A DNA stretch of 64,000 nucleotides from an uncultured Muribaculaceae bacterium (GTDB lineage: Bacteria > Bacteroidota > Bacteroidia > Bacteroidales > Muribaculaceae): contig CAJUAR010000001.1 in NCBI GenBank assembly GCA_910584495.1, positions 15,733-79,732 of the forward strand. Direction: 5' to 3'. Both the position numbers and the translations under genes were made by a program. Below, piece after piece: positions 27,186-34,275 of the stretch. The number at the start of each line of letters is the position of its first letter. The stretch's first letter is position 1. The notes under the pieces are model-generated. The model made no database searches and was not told the DNA's origin. It worked only from the letters and a program-made list of their open reading frames with translations.

Positions 27186-30074
27186 ATGCAAAGCAAAGGA
27201 AAATTAGGAAGCATCGTTGCCGGTGTTATCGCTATTTTCTTGGTATTGGTATGCCTGTTCTATCTTTCATTCACTTACATCTCGAATAAGTATGAAAGCC
27301 AGGCTGTAACCTATGCCTTGATTGAATCGGGCGACAACGACGATGCTGCCTACAACCGCGCCTATAAGCACTACATGGACTCGCTGGGCGAGGAAAAAGT
27401 GTATATGGGCTATTACACTCTCAATGAAGTACGCAAATGGGGCGTGGGCCTCGGCCTCGACCTCAAGGGAGGTATGAACGTTATTCTGCAGGTCGACATG
27501 CCCGACATGCTCCGTTCCATGAAGGCCGGCCAGACCGATTCAGTCTTCGAAGCAGCCCTCAAAGGTGCCGAGAAGATGGTGTCGACCCACGAAAGCGACG
27601 ACTTTGTCAGCAGCTTCGTAAACCTCTACCGCCAGGCCAAGCCTCAAGCCGATTTCTCGGTAGTATTTCAGGACATAGTCCCCACCGGTGCTAACGATGA
27701 TGCTGTGCGCAGCACCCTCAAAGCTCAGGTTAAGGACCGTGTAGACAACTCGGCCACCAACGTGCTTCGCAACCGTATCGACCAGTTCGGCGTTGTTTCG
27801 CCAAACATCCAGGTTCTTCAGGGCAAGGACGGCCAGATTCTTCTGGAACTTCCCGGTGTCAAGGACCACGAACGTGTGCGCGACCTCCTTCAGCGTTCGG
27901 CCAACCTCGAATTCTACGAGACATACCGCGCCGAAGAGCTCCAGAACTCATTCAGCACTCTCATCAACCGTCTGGCCAACGATTCCACCGTCAATGTTCA
28001 GCCCCTTGCCACCCTTCTGTCGATGGGCGGCTATGGCGCAACCCTGGGCTATGCTCCCGATGCCAAGGCAGCAGCCGCTGTCGACGAAGTTCTTGCAAGC
28101 CCGGCAGCAAAAAATATTCTTCCCTCCGACCTTCGTCTGCGCTGGGCCGTTAAACCCACAGTTCAGACCGATGCCCAGGGCAAGGAACACGTAATAGGCA
28201 TCGCCCTCTACGCCCTCCGTGCCAACGGCGGCAAGCCCGCCCTCGACGGCAAGGCTGTGAGTGACGCCTCGTCGAACTACGACCCTCTGCGCGGCAATGA
28301 AGTGTCGATGCGCATGAACTCCGAAGGAGCCCGCAACTGGGCCCGTATCACCGGCCAGAACATCAACAAGCAGGTGGCTATTGTCCTCGACGACAAAGTA
28401 TATTCAGCTCCTAACGTAAACGACAAAATCGAAGGCGGCCAGTCGTCCATCACCGGCGACTTCTCAATTGAAGAAGCCCGCGACCTTGCCAACGTGCTCA
28501 AGTCCGGTAAGATGGATGCCAAAGTGCACATCATTTCCGACATGGTTGTTGGTCCTTCGCTGGGTAAACAGGCCATCGAATCGGGCTTCATCTCGTTCGT
28601 AGTGGCTCTTGTGCTCCTTATGGCGTTTATGATTGCCTTCTATGGCTTTATTCCCGGTCTCGTTGCCAACATCTGCCTGCTGTGCAACCTCTTCTTCACC
28701 ATCGGTATTCTTGCCTCGTTCCAGGCAGTGCTCACCATGAGCGGTATTGCCGGTATCGTGCTGTCGCTCGGTATGGCCGTCGATGCCAACGTGCTTATCT
28801 TCGAACGTACCAAGGAAGAACTCCGTGCCGGCAAAACTGTGCGCAACGCCCTTGCCGACGGTTACAGCAACGCCTTCTCGGCTATCTTCGACTCCAACCT
28901 CACCTCGATTATCACAGGCATCATCCTTCTCCTCTTCGGCACCGGTCCTATCAAGGGCTTTGCCACCACTCTTATCATCGGCCTTGTCTGCTCGTTCTTC
29001 ACAGCAGTATATCTGAGCCGTCTGTTCTTCCTCTGGTTCTCCAAGAGCGATGGCTTTGCCAAACTCACCTTCTCGACCAGCCTTGGACGCAAGATGTTTG
29101 TCAACTCCAACATCAACTTCCTCGGCCAGCGCAAGGCAAGCTTCATCGCTGTAGCTGTCATCGCAGCCATAGTGGTTGTTTCGCTCTTTGCCCGCGGCCT
29201 CAACCAGGGCATCGACTTCTCCGGTGGTCGCAACTACATTGTCAAGTTCGAGAAACCCGTCAGCACCGTAGAGCTTCAGGAAGTGCTCTCGCAGCAGTTC
29301 CCCGGAGCATCCACCTCGGTAATCACCATCGAAAGCTCCAACCAGGTGCGTGTGTCGACCAACTACAAAATCAACGACGAGAACGCCGACACCGAGCGTG
29401 AAATCACAGGCAAACTCTACGAAGCCCTCAAACCCTTCCTGCGCGACGGCATGACAGCCGCCGAGTTCTCTACCACCGACGCAAGTCAGGGTATTGTAAG
29501 CTCGCAAAAAGTTGGTCCTTCGGTTGCCGACGATATGCGCACCGATGCCTACATCGCCGTTGCCATCGCACTCGCTGCAATGTTCCTCTACATCCTGCTC
29601 CGTTTCCGCAACGTGGCCTTCTCGATCGGTGCTCTCGCAGCGGTAGCCTTCACTGCCTTCACAATCATCGGTTTCTTCTCGCTCTTCTATGGAGTGCTGC
29701 CATTTGCAATGGAAATCGACCAGACGTTCATAGCGGCCATATTGACAGTTATCGGTTATCAGATCAACGATACTGTGGTGGTCTTCGACCGTGTGCGTGA
29801 AAACACAGCCCTCTTCCCCAAACAGGACTTCTTCACCACCGTCAACAAATCGATCAACACCACACTGTCGCGTACCATCATGACATCGGCCTCCACCATC
29901 CTGGTGCTCCTCTGCATCTTCATCCTCGGTGGCGACGCCATCCGCAGCTTCACATTTGCAATGCTCTTCGGTGTAATCATCGGCACACTCGCAACAATCT
30001 ATGTTGCCTGCCCCGTGGCTTACCTCACCGATTCGCGCCGCAAAGCCGCGAGTGCCAAAGCTGTCAAAGCATAA
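27186..30074 (+). CDS. secDF: Protein translocase subunit SecDF (fused)
   Basis: 962 aa with two SecD/SecF-type 6-TM modules and a periplasmic P1 domain (LGLDLKGGMNVILQVD). Confidence 0.92.
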   Translation: MQSKGKLGSIVAGVIAIFLVLVCLFYLSFTYISNKYESQAVTYALIESGDNDDAAYNRAYKHYMDSLGEEKVYMGYYTLNEVRKWGVGLGLDLKGGMNVILQVDMPDMLRSMKAGQTDSVFEAALKGAEKMVSTHESDDFVSSFVNLYRQAKPQADFSVVFQDIVPTGANDDAVRSTLKAQVKDRVDNSATNVLRNRIDQFGVVSPNIQVLQGKDGQILLELPGVKDHERVRDLLQRSANLEFYETYRAEELQNSFSTLINRLANDSTVNVQPLATLLSMGGYGATLGYAPDAKAAAAVDEVLASPAAKNILPSDLRLRWAVKPTVQTDAQGKEHVIGIALYALRANGGKPALDGKAVSDASSNYDPLRGNEVSMRMNSEGARNWARITGQNINKQVAIVLDDKVYSAPNVNDKIEGGQSSITGDFSIEEARDLANVLKSGKMDAKVHIISDMVVGPSLGKQAIESGFISFVVALVLLMAFMIAFYGFIPGLVANICLLCNLFFTIGILASFQAVLTMSGIAGIVLSLGMAVDANVLIFERTKEELRAGKTVRNALADGYSNAFSAIFDSNLTSIITGIILLLFGTGPIKGFATTLIIGLVCSFFTAVYLSRLFFLWFSKSDGFAKLTFSTSLGRKMFVNSNINFLGQRKASFIAVAVIAAIVVVSLFARGLNQGIDFSGGRNYIVKFEKPVSTVELQEVLSQQFPGASTSVITIESSNQVRVSTNYKINDENADTEREITGKLYEALKPFLRDGMTAAEFSTTDASQGIVSSQKVGPSVADDMRTDAYIAVAIALAAMFLYILLRFRNVAFSIGALAAVAFTAFTIIGFFSLFYGVLPFAMEIDQTFIAAILTVIGYQINDTVVVFDRVRENTALFPKQDFFTTVNKSINTTLSRTIMTSASTILVLLCIFILGGDAIRSFTFAMLFGVIIGTLATIYVACPVAYLTDSRRKAASAKAVKA

Positions 30075-30099
30075 CCCTCCATTTCATTCATCATAGCCG

Positions 30100-30128
30100 G
30101 CGGCCGGAAGTCCTCGACTTCCGGCCGC
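30100..30128 (+). terminator. Hairpin terminator after secDF
   Basis: Perfect 13-bp stem GCGGCCGGAAGTC/GACTTCCGGCCGC with a 3-nt loop, 25 nt after the stop codon. The T-tract (ACTATTTCT) is weak. Confidence 0.55.
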
Positions 30129-30170
30129 ACTATTTCTCCAACAGACTGAACAAACTCGCAGCACACTACA

Positions 30171-30202
30171 TTTGCTTTGTTGATATTTTTTTCATAGATT
30201 TG
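30171..30202 (+). promoter_or_regulatory. Candidate promoter of the AAA-ATPase/PD-(D/E)XK gene (-33 TTTG, 20-nt spacer, -7 TAGATTTG)
   Basis: TTTG at 30171..30174 and TAGATTTG at 30195..30202, 17 nt upstream of the ATG at 30220. Confidence 0.4.
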
Positions 30203-30219
30203 TACAAAAATCAGACAAC

Positions 30220-31773
30220 ATGGAAAAGATTATAAGATACCCGGTTGGCGAGCAGTCGTTCATTTCTCTTCGAAAGAGAAATTGCCTCTATATCGACAAA
30301 ACTCACTATGTGGAAAAACTACTTAGCCATGGCAGTAAGTACTACTTCCTCGGGCGTCCGCGGCGTTTCGGCAAAAGTCTTTTTCTGTCCATGCTGCAAT
30401 GTTTTTTTCAAGGTAAACGAGACTTATTCAAGGGTCTCTATGCCTACACCATGAACTGGGACTGGCAACCCAGGCCGGTGCTCTATCTCGATCTGAACAT
30501 TGAATCATATAGGCAAAAAGAATCCCTTGACCAAATACTTGATAATGTCATCAGTAGCTGGGAGAAAGAATACGACATTACCTTCCCATCCGACAATATC
30601 TCAGCAAGATTCAAGAATGTTATCGAAGCGGCATATAAAAAGACCGGGCAAGGTGTAATAATTCTTGTCGATGAATACGACAAACCCTTGGTCAACAACC
30701 TCCACGACAGCGAACTGTTCGATCACTTCCGCGAACAGCTCACCGCGGTCTACTCCAATTTAAAAAGCAGCGCCGAATTTATACGTATGGTTTTCCTCAC
30801 CGGGGTGAGTCGTTTTGCTCATCTGTCAGTGTTCTCGGGTCTTAATAATATTACCGACATCACCTTCCTCGACCAATATGCCGACATCTGCGGCATCACC
30901 GAGAAAGAACTTGCAGACAATTTTCAGCCCGGCATGATAGCTATCGCCGAAAAAGAAGGAAGCACGGCCCGGGATGTTCACGACCAGCTCAAACGACTGT
31001 ATGATGGTTACCATTTTGCCAAACGTTGCCCCGACATCTACAATCCATATTCCTTACTCAACGTGATGGAGAGTTGCGACATGCAAAACTACTGGATTAA
31101 GTCGGGCATGCCAACGCTTCTCGAACAGCAACTCAAGCGTTTCCAAGTCAATCTACAAGACCTTTTCGAAACAGAGTGTAGCCAACAAATGCTCGAAGGT
31201 CTCGACTTCGACAACCCGAATCCTGTGGCGCTGCTCTACCAGACAGGCTATCTCACCATCAAAGACTTCGACAGCGGCATCTTCACCCTCGGACTGCCTA
31301 ATCAGGAAGTGAAAGAAGGTTTTCTCGGATACCTTCTGCCACGCTATGCCAACGTCCATAACGGAGACACCGAATTTTTCATCTACAAGTTTGTCAAGGA
31401 GTTGAAAAGTGGTAAAGTCGACGACTTCATGAAACGTATGCAGAGCCTCTTTGCCGCCGTACCCTACCAGATGGAACTACACAACGAGCGCAATCTTCAC
31501 AACGTCATGCTGATGCTCGTACTGCTCTTAGGCATCAAGGTGAAAGCCGAATATGCCACCTCCGCAGGCCGCATCGACATGCTCCTCGAAACGGAGCAAT
31601 ACCTCTACATCATAGAACTTAAAATAGACAAGTCAGCTCAGGAAGCTCTGAACCAAATAAATGCCAAAGACTACGCTCAACCATTCGCTGCCAACGGTCG
31701 CCAAGTGGTGAAAATCGGTGTCAACTTTTCCACCCAAACGCGCACCATCACCGACTGGCTGGTTGAGCGGTGA
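30220..31773 (+). CDS. AAA-ATPase-like N-terminal domain fused to a PD-(D/E)XK nuclease-like C-terminal domain (AAA-ATPase_like + PDDEXK_9 architecture)
   Basis: YPVGEQSFISLRKRNCLYIDKTHYVEKLL and YYFLGRPRRFGKSLFLSML at the N-terminus. SAGRIDMLLETEQYLYIIELKIDKS at the C-terminus is a D..ExK core. Confidence 0.8.
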   Translation: MEKIIRYPVGEQSFISLRKRNCLYIDKTHYVEKLLSHGSKYYFLGRPRRFGKSLFLSMLQCFFQGKRDLFKGLYAYTMNWDWQPRPVLYLDLNIESYRQKESLDQILDNVISSWEKEYDITFPSDNISARFKNVIEAAYKKTGQGVIILVDEYDKPLVNNLHDSELFDHFREQLTAVYSNLKSSAEFIRMVFLTGVSRFAHLSVFSGLNNITDITFLDQYADICGITEKELADNFQPGMIAIAEKEGSTARDVHDQLKRLYDGYHFAKRCPDIYNPYSLLNVMESCDMQNYWIKSGMPTLLEQQLKRFQVNLQDLFETECSQQMLEGLDFDNPNPVALLYQTGYLTIKDFDSGIFTLGLPNQEVKEGFLGYLLPRYANVHNGDTEFFIYKFVKELKSGKVDDFMKRMQSLFAAVPYQMELHNERNLHNVMLMLVLLLGIKVKAEYATSAGRIDMLLETEQYLYIIELKIDKSAQEALNQINAKDYAQPFAANGRQVVKIGVNFSTQTRTITDWLVER

Positions 31774-31794
31774 CACACATTCGGAAGTGCACAG

Positions 31795-34272
31795 TTAATT
31801 TGATGTGGTCGGTTTATAGTAATTGTCGTTTACGTAAGTATAGTCAGTTATTGTTGAAATATCTACTGTGGTCTCAATATTGTTATGACTGAATTTGATA
31901 TTATTCATAGTTACCGGCACATCATAATATACACTTGTCAATCCATATTGATACATCTTCGGATTACCTGCCAAGGGGCTATTATCCCATTGGCACGATA
32001 AACCGTCCGATGGTGCATTTCGTACAATTATTCGTTTGCGGTTTGTGCCCGGGTCGGGGATATCCCAACCATCAGGAACTTCCGGACCATGCAGGCAGCG
32101 CACGGTCATGGCTCTCGGTTCGCCGCCTCGTGTGCGAATTCGGGTATTGCCGAGGGTGTTGCGCTCGCCATAGAGGTCGAGATAACGGAACCACCATCCA
32201 TATTCTTCGGAGTCTTCAGAAAAACCTTGGTTGCCGGACAAAAGCGATTTAGACCACAGACACGTATGTGCCTCGTCCTTGTGCACAAACCCTTCCATAT
32301 ATCCCGCAATCGGCAAGGTGATATAGCCGAAAGCACCATCGCTGACCGCAATATTAGGTATTGCATCGACATTGTTGGACAGATTCACCGGCAACTGCTG
32401 CAGATGGTAGGCCGCCGGCACCTCGAATCCTTCGGGAGCGATGCCTTCTATAAGTGTGTTATCAAACCTTGTTTCAGCAATTTTGAAGTAGCCGCCTCTT
32501 GCGTCGGAATTTTCAGAATAGAGCGTCGACGAAACCGAGTAAGGTCGGTTGGAAGAAGCTCCCATATTACGATCCAATATGTGATATGTCTTTCCGTCTT
32601 CGCCAATAATGCTGACCTGTTCGTAGTAGAACCATCCCTTGCGCACTACGCTCTCGCCGGGTCCTTCAATCTGATAGCTGCCGCCAAGTTTATGGAAGAG
32701 GCCGCGATGGCATACGTCATAGCTTAATCTATTATTATCCGTGCTGTTGCTTATGACAAATTTACCTTCCCACAGCGCATAGTTATCATTCCCCAAAGAG
32801 CTTACTTTCCAGTTACTCCCATCGCGGACAACCGAGAAACGGCCGGCACCTTCGGCTATGTTGACAACATCGCCATCCTTATATGGAATTGTGTAATAGT
32901 ACTGATTATTATACACCCTGAAATGCAGGCAGTTATTGCGTTCAAGAGTCATGGCTTCCTCCGTAGCGCCTTGCAGTTCGGTGTCAATAAACGCAAAATA
33001 GTCCTGCTCTGAGGCGTTACCGTTGAGATTGTGGATATACGCCTTGCGTCCGCGCTTGAGGTCGGTACCTTCCTGAACAATTCTCACGGTCCGGCTAAGG
33101 TCGCCGGAGCGGACAGAGACGGTGAACTCACGTTCTTCCTCGGAAAGCAAGTTAGTTTCTATAGTGAAACTAACTTTGTAATGACGAGCTTCTGACTGCG
33201 TGTCGGATTGAACAATCTCCACCCCGGATTGTATTGAAGATTTCACCCACGGTGTTCCTTTTAAGTCGTAGTCAAGCACATAGGTTCCGTCAGGATATGA
33301 AGTGAGAATATCAATCACTGCTTCAGTAGCGTTGGCAGCGACAACTACATCTTTGCTCACTCCAAGTTCGTAGTCGCGGCAAGCAATCATATTATAGATG
33401 GCTTCGTTGTTGTCTTTGAGGTCGACAATCATGCGGTTGTCGGGCTTTGCAACAATCGCTTCCTGCTTCGTGGGCCAACCAAAATCGTTTACTTCAGCAA
33501 TGTTGAACTGATAGTGATGGTTGCGCAACAGAGCAATTTCCTTGCCGGCTGGATCTGAGGCCGGGATATATGCGGCCTTATACCATCCCTCCGTGCCCCG
33601 GTAGGAACCATGAATGAGGATATAGCACTTGCCAGCCTCGGTTTCGTAGAAATAATATGGCGTGCCGACATCCAGGAGGCGTTCGCCCTCGGTTGTCACA
33701 CCCCCGGGAATATTTACCACACCCTCTGTTTCGGGGGCAAGCGTTCCCGATGTCGATGCGCCGTAGTGGATTATCTCGCTAATGGTGAAATCGGCAGCAG
33801 TGCACGTCACTGTGGTTTTGGCACTTGCCCTCAGCAAGTAAATCTTGGGCGAGGCTTTTTTGAGATCCTCAACAGTGATTGCGCCCCACATCACTATGTT
33901 CTTGTCAGGAAGGCCTTCGACAGAGCTTGCCGACGGTGTTCCTCCGACAGCCTTACCATAGTTGGCTACCAGTTCGACTCTCGAAGCGGAAGGAGGAACC
34001 GCCAGTGTCACTTGATAATCGGGATGTTTTCCTGTAATTTTCTGAGGGTCAACCACATCCTCAAAGATATAGCCATCGGCATTGAAAAAGAGAACCCGTA
34101 AGTCGTTGATAGCGTTTTCGTCGACGGCACGCGAGCCGACGGCAAAGCCCGGCAGACGCAATGTCAGCGTCAACTCATCGCCATCGCCGCCGAGGTCGAA
34201 CACCCCGCTGTCATCGCTACACGCCGCAAACATCACGGCCATCATAAATATAGATATTAGTCTTCGTATCAT
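31795..34272 (-). CDS. Giant pilin-like lipoprotein (825 aa): fimbrillin-like N-terminus, FISUMP/DUF1566-like lectin-type region, degenerate C-terminal module
   Basis: Lipobox MFAAC. LTLTLRLPGFAVGSRAVDENAINDLRVLFF resembles the first strand and Arg site of type V pilins. The C-terminal part ILDRNMGAS..GGYF..APEGFEVPAAYHLQQL..CLWS..AMTVRCL is FISUMP-like. The gene starts 3 nt after the upstream gene. Confidence 0.6.
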   Translation of the reverse strand: MIRRLISIFMMAVMFAACSDDSGVFDLGGDGDELTLTLRLPGFAVGSRAVDENAINDLRVLFFNADGYIFEDVVDPQKITGKHPDYQVTLAVPPSASRVELVANYGKAVGGTPSASSVEGLPDKNIVMWGAITVEDLKKASPKIYLLRASAKTTVTCTAADFTISEIIHYGASTSGTLAPETEGVVNIPGGVTTEGERLLDVGTPYYFYETEAGKCYILIHGSYRGTEGWYKAAYIPASDPAGKEIALLRNHHYQFNIAEVNDFGWPTKQEAIVAKPDNRMIVDLKDNNEAIYNMIACRDYELGVSKDVVVAANATEAVIDILTSYPDGTYVLDYDLKGTPWVKSSIQSGVEIVQSDTQSEARHYKVSFTIETNLLSEEEREFTVSVRSGDLSRTVRIVQEGTDLKRGRKAYIHNLNGNASEQDYFAFIDTELQGATEEAMTLERNNCLHFRVYNNQYYYTIPYKDGDVVNIAEGAGRFSVVRDGSNWKVSSLGNDNYALWEGKFVISNSTDNNRLSYDVCHRGLFHKLGGSYQIEGPGESVVRKGWFYYEQVSIIGEDGKTYHILDRNMGASSNRPYSVSSTLYSENSDARGGYFKIAETRFDNTLIEGIAPEGFEVPAAYHLQQLPVNLSNNVDAIPNIAVSDGAFGYITLPIAGYMEGFVHKDEAHTCLWSKSLLSGNQGFSEDSEEYGWWFRYLDLYGERNTLGNTRIRTRGGEPRAMTVRCLHGPEVPDGWDIPDPGTNRKRIIVRNAPSDGLSCQWDNSPLAGNPKMYQYGLTSVYYDVPVTMNNIKFSHNNIETTVDISTITDYTYVNDNYYKPTTSN

Positions 34273-34275
34273 TGC

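Noticed and set aside
28464-29507. 347-aa minus-strand ORF, and similar ones at 55437..56489, 56972..58009, 53353..54219, 52166..52951, 54366..55115 and 17599..18573
   Set aside because: These are mirror-frame ORFs opposite well-supported genes (secDF, the T9SS cargo, the kinase, the aromatic operon and ndh). None has a signal peptide, a catalytic motif or a promoter box.
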